Below the pieces are notes generated by a model that was given only the letters and a program-made list of their open reading frames with translations, was not told the origin of the DNA and did no database searches. A program made the position numbers and the translations under genes. A stretch of 58,253 bases of DNA from the IMG/VR virus record IMGVR_UViG_3300022723_000216, positions 1-58,253 of that record. One strand, given 5' to 3'. The stretch comes from a virus (Duplodnaviria > Caudoviricetes). Below are positions 28,126 to 36,668 of this stretch, piece after piece; position 1 is the first letter of the stretch, and each line of letters starts with the position of its first letter.

Positions 28126-29535
28126 TTACTTGCCGCCGATCGCCTCGAGCTTCTCCTCGATCTGCCGGCGCTTCTTGGCGGTATCACCGCCGGTAGCCAC
28201 CAGGTAATTCTTGTAGAGCTCGGGGTGCGTGCTCGCGATCCGCGCAATCGCGGACTGCCGACGCTTGAGCGCCGTCACGCCGTCACGCTGCGGGCCGACG
28301 GCCTTAGACACCAGCGCGTTGAAGTCCTCGATCGGATCGCCGCTCTGCAGATCGCCAGCGTCGGTGCCGCCCAGCGCGCCGCCAAGCGGGTCGTGCCCCA
28401 GGCTGCCGCTGTTGATGCGCTTCTCGCCCTGCGCCTTTTCGAGCTCTTCCTTCTGCTTGGCCTTGAGCTCATCGAGCTCCTTGGCGTGCGCCTCTTCCTT
28501 GGCCTTGAGCTGCGCGTCGACGTGCTTGGCGTAGTCGACGCTGGCCTGCTCGAGCGTGGCCTCGTTCTCGATCTGCTTCTCGCGCCAGTCAGCCGTCGAG
28601 TTGGGGAAGGCCTCTTTCAGTTGCTTCAAGGTGGCTGCGTCCATCTTTTGTCTCCCGAATAATGGAGTGGTCTTGTTCTTGCGAGTGGCAGCCACAAGCT
28701 GCTCGTACGTTTGCTCCAGCGTCTGGACGCCGTGTAGCAGTCCATCGTCGACGGCATCCGACGCCATGATCACGCGGCCGTCGGCCAGGTCGCGGATGTC
28801 GGCCAGCGGCAGCCCGGTGCCGCGCGAGATCTGTTCCAAATAGGCGTCGTTGATCGTGTTCACCAGGCGTTGAGCCTCGGCCAACTGCGCCTCGGTGATC
28901 TTCGTGCCGGGCTCGCCCATGCCCTTGAACTCGCCGGCCTTGATCACGTGCACCTGGATGCCCAGGGCCTCGGCCTCGCCGGAGTAGTCCACCAGCACTG
29001 AATAGGTGCCCATCGCCCCGTACATCGCCGTGGCGTTGTTGGCGAAACGCCGGGTGGTCTGGCTCATCACCGCCACGCCGGCCGACGCCGTCATGTCGTC
29101 GACGAACCCGTAGATCGGCTTGGCCTCAGCGAAGCGAGCCACCTCTTCGGCAAACTCCTCGTTGCCCTTCTGCGTGCCGCCCGGCGTGTCCATCACCAGC
29201 ATCGCACCGGCGACGTCGGCCGATTTGCGTGCCTGCCGCAACTGCTGCCGCGCTTGTACTGTGCTGGCGCCGCCGCCCAGCGACGACGCGTATTTCATGG
29301 TCGGGCCGATGATCGAGATCACTGCGATGCCGTCGGGCGTGAGCGGGTAGTCCCGATCGCTCTGCGCCTGCTTCGCGTCCGTGGGCCCCTTGCCGTTGAG
29401 ATGCGCCGGCAGGTTGAGCCCCTGGTACTGGTCAACGATGCGCCGGAAGGGCTCGTCGTAGACGCACCACAGGCCGAAGTAGTCGGCCACCTGGGGCGGC
29501 AGATCGAAGGCCGGCTTGAGGATGAAGTCGTTCAT
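28126..29535 (-). CDS. S49 prohead protease with C-terminal scaffold
   Basis: IAVISIIG, MDTPGG, MTASAG, AGEFKGMG; acidic helical tail. Confidence 0.9.
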   Translation of the reverse strand: MNDFILKPAFDLPPQVADYFGLWCVYDEPFRRIVDQYQGLNLPAHLNGKGPTDAKQAQSDRDYPLTPDGIAVISIIGPTMKYASSLGGGASTVQARQQLRQARKSADVAGAMLVMDTPGGTQKGNEEFAEEVARFAEAKPIYGFVDDMTASAGVAVMSQTTRRFANNATAMYGAMGTYSVLVDYSGEAEALGIQVHVIKAGEFKGMGEPGTKITEAQLAEAQRLVNTINDAYLEQISRGTGLPLADIRDLADGRVIMASDAVDDGLLHGVQTLEQTYEQLVAATRKNKTTPLFGRQKMDAATLKQLKEAFPNSTADWREKQIENEATLEQASVDYAKHVDAQLKAKEEAHAKELDELKAKQKEELEKAQGEKRINSGSLGHDPLGGALGGTDAGDLQSGDPIEDFNALVSKAVGPQRDGVTALKRRQSAIARIASTHPELYKNYLVATGGDTAKKRRQIEEKLEAIGGK

Positions 29536-31298
29536 CGGGCGGGCCTCCGGTCATCGCTGGGTTGGTCTGCCGGCTTGGCGTCGTCTTCGTCCCCTTCCAT
29601 CGTGGCCGTGGCCACCGCCTCGCCGCCGTCGCTGGTGTTGGCGCTAATCGCCAGCTTCGCGCCGGTGGCCTCGTTGCCGTAGCGGATCTCCCGCCACAGC
29701 ATGTTCACGTCAGCCATGGTGAAGACCTCGGGGAACTCCCCGACGATCTTGACCGCCTCGACGACTGCTGCGCGGATGAACTTGCCGCGATCGCGGATGA
29801 CCTCCGGTACGAAGTCGTCGAGGTCGATGCCGCGGGCGGCCAGGATGCTCCGCATGCTCTTGAGGTTGCGACGCTCGGCCAGGTCCTCGGCCGCCGCGTC
29901 TTCGAGCGGCTTGACGTACGGCCAGCCCTTGGGCCGGAACCGGAAGTTGAACGGGTTGATGCCGCGCTGCGTGGCTGCGTACAGCGCCGGGTCAAAGAAC
30001 GGCGAGCCGGGCGTGACGCGCTGCCGCGTCTTCCACTGGTACGTCGGTACGTACAGGCCCTGGATCAGATCGGCGATCAGTTGCTCCAGCCGCATCTTGA
30101 CCTGGTCAAACGTCATGCGGCCGCCGTGGAAGTTAACGAGCGACCCGTCGAGCAGCAGGAACGACAGCGGCAGATCGAGGTTGACCGCCAGCATCGTCAG
30201 CATTAGCGCCGCGTGCTTGAAAAAGCCCTCGGTGGGCATGGTGGCGTTCCAGCCCTTAAGCGAATAACCCTCGGGCGCCTTGAGCACCTGGGCCGGCTCG
30301 CCGACCTGCTCGACCGTGATCTGCTGCAACCCCAGGCCGACGTCGTACTGCGTATAGCGATCGCCGCCTTGCGGCAGCTTGCCCGAGCCGCCGGTGGGCA
30401 TGCCATTGGGGGCGAAGTTCTCGGAGTTCTCCATCAGGTAGGCGATCAACGCCCGCCGTAGCGCGCTTTTGATGTGCGCGTAATTCAGATCGTCAAAGCC
30501 GCGCATGGCCACCCGCGGCGGCGAGAGCCGGCTGATGCCCCGGCGCTGCTTGAAGCGGTGGGTGAACCCCATCCAGAACACGATCTTGTTGCCTTCCAGG
30601 TCGTAGGCCGGGAAGCGCCGCGATTGCCCGCGGCTGAGACTCTGGTGCGGCGTCAGACTGCGGGGCGTGAGCCAGTAGGCCACGGTGCGGCCGCGCTGCA
30701 CTTCCACGCCGTGCACAAAGCCGTCGGTCGCCAGACCGGTTGCGCGGCGGCCCCCGGGGTTGCGTAGATGGTGCGACTCCCAGGTCTCCAGGCTGCCGTC
30801 GCGGAGTGGGATGTGAACGATGTCGCCGTCCTGGCACTGGCTAAAGAACGACTGCCGCGCGATCTGCTGGAACGTGCGGCGCTGTTCGTAGTCGCACAGC
30901 CGCGGGTCGTCGCACCAGGCGTGCCAGAAGGCTTTCTGGTCGGCGTCGACCGCTTCGTCGCCGCTGTCGACGTCGAGCGTGAAGTCGCCGATCCGCATGT
31001 TGGCGATCAGGCGGTTGATGGCCTGCTCGACAAGGGGATGGTCGCGCACCGCGGAGCGCCCCCGCTCGACCATCAGGAAATAGTTGCGCTCGGTGCGGTA
31101 GTGGTAGTCGGCGTCGGTGCCGAGTGGATCGATCCCGCGCGGGATGGGATTCATCCGGTCGCTGGTGCCGGCCGCGTAGGTCTGGGCCGCCTCGCGATCG
31201 CGGCGCTGGGTGAAGTAGGCTTCATCCAACTCGCGGATGCGCTGGGCCAGGTTCCGCTCGCCCGCGTGGCCGTTATGGGCAGCTGCGATCATCATCAC
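29532..31298 (-). CDS. Portal protein, lambda family
   Basis: DGDIVH, HGVE...G..VAYW, QRRGISRLSP, VNFHGGR, WPYVKP; exact start uncertain. Confidence 0.9.
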   Translation of the reverse strand: MMMIAAAHNGHAGERNLAQRIRELDEAYFTQRRDREAAQTYAAGTSDRMNPIPRGIDPLGTDADYHYRTERNYFLMVERGRSAVRDHPLVEQAINRLIANMRIGDFTLDVDSGDEAVDADQKAFWHAWCDDPRLCDYEQRRTFQQIARQSFFSQCQDGDIVHIPLRDGSLETWESHHLRNPGGRRATGLATDGFVHGVEVQRGRTVAYWLTPRSLTPHQSLSRGQSRRFPAYDLEGNKIVFWMGFTHRFKQRRGISRLSPPRVAMRGFDDLNYAHIKSALRRALIAYLMENSENFAPNGMPTGGSGKLPQGGDRYTQYDVGLGLQQITVEQVGEPAQVLKAPEGYSLKGWNATMPTEGFFKHAALMLTMLAVNLDLPLSFLLLDGSLVNFHGGRMTFDQVKMRLEQLIADLIQGLYVPTYQWKTRQRVTPGSPFFDPALYAATQRGINPFNFRFRPKGWPYVKPLEDAAAEDLAERRNLKSMRSILAARGIDLDDFVPEVIRDRGKFIRAAVVEAVKIVGEFPEVFTMADVNMLWREIRYGNEATGAKLAISANTSDGGEAVATATMEGDEDDAKPADQPSDDRRPAR

Positions 31299-31608
31299 CG
31301 CGATAGCCGTACGGTCCGAAGTTCGAAAAGTCGCTGTGCAGCACGCTCGGGTTGGCCAGGCGCTGGGCGTCGGTCTGCGGGGCGTTGGCCGTGTACCAGG
31401 CGAGGCACATCTGGAGCTGGCGCTCGATGGCCTCGACGTTCACGTCCACGCTCAGCTCGCCGCGCCGGAAGGCCTCCTGCACTTTGTCGAGCTTGGCCCG
31501 CAGCGCCATGATGCGCCGCCGAGCCAGTGCCACGTCCGAATCGACGTCGTAGCCCAGCGTCGCGGTAAGTTCCGCCTCGATGCCGGCGATGGTCGTCAAG
31601 TCGGCCAT
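31273..31608 (-). CDS. Head completion (gpW-position) protein
   Basis: 111 aa immediately upstream of the portal. Confidence 0.6.
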   Translation of the reverse strand: MADLTTIAGIEAELTATLGYDVDSDVALARRRIMALRAKLDKVQEAFRRGELSVDVNVEAIERQLQMCLAWYTANAPQTDAQRLANPSVLHSDFSNFGPYGYRGDDDRSCP

Positions 31609-31701
31609 GTGCCCACTCTGGCAGTTGGCGCAGCTCGGCTGCAATGCTCAGAGCATCGGGCGCGTCGGGTTTGGGTGGATTCGGGCGCGTCGGGCGCGTT
31701 G

Positions 31702-31740
31702 TGGTATACTGGCCGCCGCCACAACCACCAGCTGGGGGAG
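31702..31740 (+). promoter_or_regulatory. Extended -10 promoter and RBS for the Cas12f-like gene
   Basis: TGGTATACT (TGn-TATACT) at 31702-31710; GGGGAG at 31735-31740; ATG at 31748. Confidence 0.6.
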
Positions 31741-31747
31741 CCCTGCC

Positions 31748-33040
31748 ATGAGCGCATTGGCTGAACACACCATGTGTGTTGCATGCGGCGTTGCCAGAGA
31801 AACCAAGCCGACACAGCGTGGACTCTTGCGATTGCCACGTGGCTGGAAGCGCATCGACGACGAAGTGCTCTGTTCTAGCTGCACACAGGATCGCTACGTC
31901 CTGCGGGCCGTGACCCTGCCCATCGCCAAGCCGCTTGATTCAACTTGGGCAGAGTTCCGCGAGATCATTCGCGGCCAGTGGTCTCTCGTGTCTCAGTGCA
32001 TGACCTGGATGGTCCGCGAGTTATACGCCCGCGACGCCGCACGCGCCGGCACGCACGACAAGCTTCCCAAAATGGAGCGGGTGTATCTCTATCCGGAAGC
32101 TCGCGAGAGATTTCCTGGCCTCGTGCCGGCGACGGTCTCGGCGCTTGAGCAGCTTGCTCAGTCGAAATACCGGAAGCAGCGTTACGGCGTGCTGTGGACA
32201 CAGGAGGAACAACTGCAAACGCTGCGCTACCCGCAACCGCTGATCGTGCCAGCGAAGAACTGGTCGATCGAGATATCACCGACGAATGCCCGGCGGGATA
32301 TCGTGCTGACGGTGCGGATCGCGGGCGCGCCGCGACAACTACGGCTGCGTAGTGGCGGCAACTTCCGCCGGCAGCGACTCGATATCGAAAAGATCATCGC
32401 CGGGGACGCCGTCAAGGGTGAGTTGGCTATCTATCGCAAGCGGGCCGCCGGCACGGATCGGGCGGGCGCCAGCGGTCAGAAGTCGAGCGCGCTGGGTAAG
32501 GATCGTGGGGACGGCGGGCAGCAGATTCGCTACGACACGATGGTCAAGCTGGTGGGGCGCTTCCCGCGCAAGCAACACGCCGAGCGCACTGGAACGCTGT
32601 ACGTACGGACGGCTGGCGAAAGCCTGCTCGTGGCGTTGAACGCCAAGGATGAGAAGCTGTGGGTGCTCAACAGTGACCACGTGCGGCGGTGGTGCGCGGA
32701 GCACATGGCGCGACTCAATCGCTGGAGCGATGACGCCAAAGCCGAACTGCGGCCCACCGTGCCGTTTGCCGATCGGCGGCAGGCGGCAGCGGTAAAGTTC
32801 CGCAACCGCATTCACTCGGCTTGCCTGGAGGCGGCAGCGCAACTGGTGGCCTATGCTGTGCGTCGGAAATTCGCCGAAGTGCGGTACAATGACGCGGACA
32901 AGAGCTACGTGGGCCGCTTCGACTGGAGCGGTCTCAAGGCGGCGATCGAACATAAGTGCAATGCAGACAACCTGCGATTCATCGACGCGAGCGGCGCGGT
33001 GAAGTCGCCATCCCGGGAGCCGCTCGAAAGTGAAGGGTGA
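31748..33040 (+). CDS. Cas12f/TnpB-like RNA-guided protein, predicted nuclease-dead and C-terminally truncated
   Basis: 430 aa; N-terminal CxxC...CxxC; Cas12f-like blocks LQTLRYPQPL, IEKIIAGDAVKGELAIY, RNRIHSACLEAAAQLVAYA, WSGLKAAIEHKC; RuvC-I reads TLYVRT and RuvC-II reads VRYND; no RuvC-III; adjacent CRISPR array. Confidence 0.75.
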   Translation: MSALAEHTMCVACGVARETKPTQRGLLRLPRGWKRIDDEVLCSSCTQDRYVLRAVTLPIAKPLDSTWAEFREIIRGQWSLVSQCMTWMVRELYARDAARAGTHDKLPKMERVYLYPEARERFPGLVPATVSALEQLAQSKYRKQRYGVLWTQEEQLQTLRYPQPLIVPAKNWSIEISPTNARRDIVLTVRIAGAPRQLRLRSGGNFRRQRLDIEKIIAGDAVKGELAIYRKRAAGTDRAGASGQKSSALGKDRGDGGQQIRYDTMVKLVGRFPRKQHAERTGTLYVRTAGESLLVALNAKDEKLWVLNSDHVRRWCAEHMARLNRWSDDAKAELRPTVPFADRRQAAAVKFRNRIHSACLEAAAQLVAYAVRRKFAEVRYNDADKSYVGRFDWSGLKAAIEHKCNADNLRFIDASGAVKSPSREPLESEG

Positions 33041-33156
33041 TCTTATGTTAAGGCGTCCGCAACGCCTAGCGCGGGATAGCTCCGGTACGTTTACCGGCCG
33101 GGGTGCTCGCGGAACGCGGCAAAAACTGTGCGGGGAGAACACGTTACGTGGCCGCC
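32988..33156 (+). promoter_or_regulatory. CRISPR leader / possible scaffold RNA region
   Basis: IR CGAGCGGC (32988) / GCCGCTCG (33019); hairpins AGGCGT/ACGCCT (33051-33067) and CCGGTA/TACCGG (33082-33097). Confidence 0.5.
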
Positions 33157-33408
33157 CCCGCAGTGGATGAACGACGTTGAATCTGCTGCGGGAATAGATA
33201 GGGAATCGCTCCCACGGGACTCCTGCCCCCGCAGTGGATGAACGACGTTGAATCTGCTGCGGGCGGCGAGTCGAAGCTTTTCACCCTCACGCAGTTGGGC
33301 CCCGCAGTGGATGAACGACGTTGAATCTGCTGCGGGAACGATGTCGTCTCCCGAGACCCAGACCGCGCCGCACCCGCAGTGGATGAACGACGTTGAATCT
33401 GCTGCGGG
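33157..33408 (+). CRISPR. CRISPR array: 4 identical 36-bp repeats, 3 spacers (35, 37, 36 bp), plus a probable 4th spacer and degenerate 5th repeat to ~33480
   Basis: CCCGCAGTGGATGAACGACGTTGAATCTGCTGCGGG at 33157, 33228, 33301 and 33373; unique spacers. Confidence 0.97.
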
Positions 33409-33752
33409 TCGAATCCCGCGCTGCTACTTTGGAAATGCTTGATCGCCGCAGGTCATGGGCCGACGCGTATTTCATCGCCGAGGCGATCGAAGCGAACGTG
33501 ACACCCAGCCAGTTCCCGCGGTACGTGGCTCATAGAACACGATGCCCGTCGACGCCGCCTACCCCCTGGACAACTTCAAGGTGATCGCGGGCAAGCGCTC
33601 TTCGCACAGCGCGACGCCGTGGATTGGTGGTACGCCGCATTGGGCGCCGCAGCTTCGTGCTGGGGCGCGACTGGATCGCCTACCTCGAGAAGGCGCCGAC
33701 CGTGTAGCGATAAAAACGCGGACAACCGTTCGATTGTCCGCGGCTCGATGTG

Positions 33753-34139
33753 CTATGCCCGCACGCGCTTCGCGCCATGTTGTGCATGTGCCTCGGCGAC
33801 CGCTTCCAGCAGATACCGCACGCCGTCGGCCGGGCTGACCACGCGCCGGCCGTTATCCAGCGTCGCCTGCCGCCGATCGAGGCCGTGGACCAGGCGCCGC
33901 AGCGCGTTGGTCTGTTCGCGCGTCAGCTTGATGTCGAGGTGGGCGCACCAGTCGATTAACGTGGCGTCTGGATCAAACGGTGCCTCGATGAGCACGGTCG
34001 CCAACGCTGGAGCTGCCAGTTCGGGCGCTGGCGTGGGTGGCGCGACGGTGCGCCGGCCAAGCGGAATGATCGCTGGATCCTTGGGCGTCGCCGGCAATGT
34101 GGTCTTGGCGGCTTGCTGCTTCTTGCTTACCTTCGGCAT
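33753..34139 (-). CDS. Hypothetical protein downstream of terminase
   Basis: 128 aa MPKVSKKQ...; GGAGG RBS. Confidence 0.7.
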   Translation of the reverse strand: MPKVSKKQQAAKTTLPATPKDPAIIPLGRRTVAPPTPAPELAAPALATVLIEAPFDPDATLIDWCAHLDIKLTREQTNALRRLVHGLDRRQATLDNGRRVVSPADGVRYLLEAVAEAHAQHGAKRVRA

Positions 34140-34161
34140 GGAGTTCCTCCCGTTTCGTGAG

Positions 34162-36402
34162 TTACCAGTTGGGGCGATAGACGCTCGCGTCTGTGCCGCC
34201 TGACGGCGGCTGTGACGCCGCCTGTTGAGCCGGCGGGGTCTGCACCGCCGTGGACCCAAATACGTTGATGCCGCGTACGCTGCGGGCACACACGGCCTGA
34301 TAGGTGGCGTCGAAGTAGTGGTTCGGCTTCGGCGACTTCCACCAGCCGGTGCGGGCCCCCTTGAAGCCGGGCACAAACCGCGTCTCCCAGGTCTCGGCCA
34401 GGATGTGCTTGGCGTACGATAGGTGCGCGTTGCGATTCACGCGGCCGTCGATGCGCGGCGGGTTAAAGACGCGCAGCGAGCCCGGCTCACCCGTTTCGGC
34501 CAGGAACCCTTCGTGGACCTTGAGCTTCCAATGGTCGGTGTTCATGTCCACGGTCGGCACGCCGGCCGGGAACGACACGTGCCAGTTGTCGCCCGCCACG
34601 ATGCGCCGGCCACCGGGCTGGCGATAGGGCGATTGCCCCTTGGACGGGCAGCAGCGGTCGAATCCGATCTCGCCGCAGAACAGCGCCACCGGCTGGGTGT
34701 TCCAACTCTGTTCCTTCCAGCCGGTGTCGATCAACGCCAGGTCGATGGTCCACTGGTCGTTGCCCGACTCGCTGGCCATGGGCGACGCTTCCTGATTCTG
34801 CCACCAGGCGTGCAGGCCTTCGAGGATCAACAGCTCGCAGTCAGCTGCGGGGCGGTTGGCCGTCTGGAATTCAAAGAAGTCGTAGTCGATGACGATTCCG
34901 ACGGCGTTCTCGTTCCAGGCCACGAGCGCGTAGTGCAGGCCGAGCTTCTGCACGTCGCCGCCCGCCGTGATGCACACCGTGCCTTCGGGCACCACGCGGC
35001 GCTCGATGCCGCTTAAGCAGTGGTTTTGGATGTGGTAGGCGGTGAGGATCAGCCGTGCCGCGCCCTCTTCCTCGGGCGGGTTGTTATCCATCTCGCACGC
35101 GACCGAGTCGGGGTCGGTGCGGGCCACCTCGTTGTAGTAGTGCTGCAGCGCCGAGACTTCGACCTGGGTGCCATCGCCCAGCACGGACGGGTCGTAGCGG
35201 TGCTCGTTGGCGACCACGGCGCCGGCGTCCATCAGCGCGCGGCGCTCGAGGTAGAACGCGTGTGACCGCCGGCAGTGCTTATCGGTGCTGATCTGGGCCT
35301 GAAACTCACGAAACTCCTTCTCGCGCAGTGAAACGTATTCCTCCCACAGGTCTTTGCGGTCAGGCGGCTTGATCAGGTAGCGGAACCGCCGCCCCTTCCA
35401 AGTCGGCTTCTGCTCGGGATCCGTGTATTTGAACGACACGCAAGTGCGGTTCTGGATGGTGGTCAGCATGACGCGGGCCACCGGCTTCTGCTGGCTGCCC
35501 AGGCCGCCGATCGCTCGATCGATGCGCTCCATGAGCTTGATGCCGCCCTCGCCGAGCTCGCCGGGACGCTTCCCCGGGCGGATGGTCTCTTCGGTGTCGG
35601 GGTCGTCGATGCCGACCAGCTGCGGCCGCCGGCCCTTGCGCTTGAGGCCGCGGATGGCCGAGTCGAGGCCGCGCGTGGCGATGATCGCTCGAGCCGCCGG
35701 CGCCCCCGGCACATTGGGCAACACGATCTCCGATCCGCACCAGGTGAACTTGCTCGAGACGCGGCGGTACGGCTGGCCGTTGTCGTGCCGTTCGCCGCTC
35801 ACCAGTTGGTACTGGGCGCGGTTGGGCGTGTTCTCAAGTGCCCGGACCGGCACGCAGACTTCCGGGTAGTCGTCCAACAGCAGCGAGTTCTCTTCGATCG
35901 CTGTTTTGATGGAGTCGAGCGAGTCGTTGGCCAGCGTGGCGGTGGCCGCGCACAGAACAGAAAACGAGAGCGCGCCTTGCAACGTGTATTTCAACAGCAG
36001 GCGCTCGAACAGGCTGGTCTTGCCTTCGCCGCGGCTGGCCGCGATCGCCTGGTCGCCGCCGTACACGATGGCGTCTCGGATGGCGCTGATCATCTCTTGC
36101 TGCTGCACGGTGAAGGCGTACCAGAACGGATCGTGCAGGCCGCACTCGATGCTGAAGTAGTGCATAAGCCAATCGATGTCGTTGGCCTCGAGCCGCTCGC
36201 GCCGCTCGCGGTTGGCGCAAGCCGGCACGACAACCTCTTTGGCCGCCGCCCGCTGCTCACGCTTGCGTTCGACGTCGCGTTCGCGCTCCGACGAGCGGCC
36301 GGTGATCTTGTCCAGCATGGCCAGTTGCTTGCGCAACGTGGCCGCCGCTTCGGCTGCCCGGGCCTGCATCTCTCGGGTGTTGGCGGCACTTTGTTCGCTC
36401 AC
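34162..36402 (-). CDS. terL: Terminase large subunit (gpA-like)
   Basis: AASRGEGKT Walker A, GIDDPD Walker B, GGDVQK nuclease, IDTGW, NHYFDA; GTGA overlap. Confidence 0.92.
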   Translation of the reverse strand: MSEQSAANTREMQARAAEAAATLRKQLAMLDKITGRSSERERDVERKREQRAAAKEVVVPACANRERRERLEANDIDWLMHYFSIECGLHDPFWYAFTVQQQEMISAIRDAIVYGGDQAIAASRGEGKTSLFERLLLKYTLQGALSFSVLCAATATLANDSLDSIKTAIEENSLLLDDYPEVCVPVRALENTPNRAQYQLVSGERHDNGQPYRRVSSKFTWCGSEIVLPNVPGAPAARAIIATRGLDSAIRGLKRKGRRPQLVGIDDPDTEETIRPGKRPGELGEGGIKLMERIDRAIGGLGSQQKPVARVMLTTIQNRTCVSFKYTDPEQKPTWKGRRFRYLIKPPDRKDLWEEYVSLREKEFREFQAQISTDKHCRRSHAFYLERRALMDAGAVVANEHRYDPSVLGDGTQVEVSALQHYYNEVARTDPDSVACEMDNNPPEEEGAARLILTAYHIQNHCLSGIERRVVPEGTVCITAGGDVQKLGLHYALVAWNENAVGIVIDYDFFEFQTANRPAADCELLILEGLHAWWQNQEASPMASESGNDQWTIDLALIDTGWKEQSWNTQPVALFCGEIGFDRCCPSKGQSPYRQPGGRRIVAGDNWHVSFPAGVPTVDMNTDHWKLKVHEGFLAETGEPGSLRVFNPPRIDGRVNRNAHLSYAKHILAETWETRFVPGFKGARTGWWKSPKPNHYFDATYQAVCARSVRGINVFGSTAVQTPPAQQAASQPPSGGTDASVYRPNW

Positions 36403-36668
36403 GTCTTGCCGCCCGGGCTCTTCCACAGGCCCTGTTCGGCCATGGCGTCGACCATCTCCTTGGCGGTCATCGGCTTCTTGGCCTCGGCCAGTAGGCCCGC
36501 CCGCCCGGCGCGCCGTGGGGCCACGTGGGCGGCCAGGCCAACGGCCGACATCCCGGTCTGATCACCGCGGTAAGCGCCCCGCATGCGTCGCGGGGCGTTT
36601 CTCGTTGACGTGCCGTACCTGGCCAACGCGCGCAACAGGCCGCGGGGCCGGCGGCGTCTGGCGTTCAC
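36399..36668 (-). pseudogene. ORF ending in a truncated HARE-HTH (HB1/ASXL) winged helix
   Basis: LAEAKKPMTAKEMVDAMAEQGLWKSPGGKT* stops where the recognition helix normally follows. Confidence 0.55.

Noticed and set aside
30816-30826. 10-nt match to the spacer 3 5' end (AACGATGTCG) in the portal gene
   Set aside because: It does not extend, its flank (GTG) disagrees with the TTT at the spacer 2 site, and it is compatible with chance.
31580-31747. Longer 486-aa start for the effector
   Set aside because: It overlaps the opposite gene and the promoter; the RBS supports ATG 31748.
32800-32816. RNRIH in the CRISPR-adjacent protein as a HEPN motif (Cas13-like, given the hairpin repeat)
   Set aside because: The spacing is Rx3H and there is a single copy; the context matches the Cas12f/TnpB bridge-helix region.
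33126-33134. CTGTGCGGG as a tracrRNA anti-repeat
   Set aside because: Too short and imperfect to support.
33248-33584. ORFs across the CRISPR array
   Set aside because: Translations of repeats and spacers.
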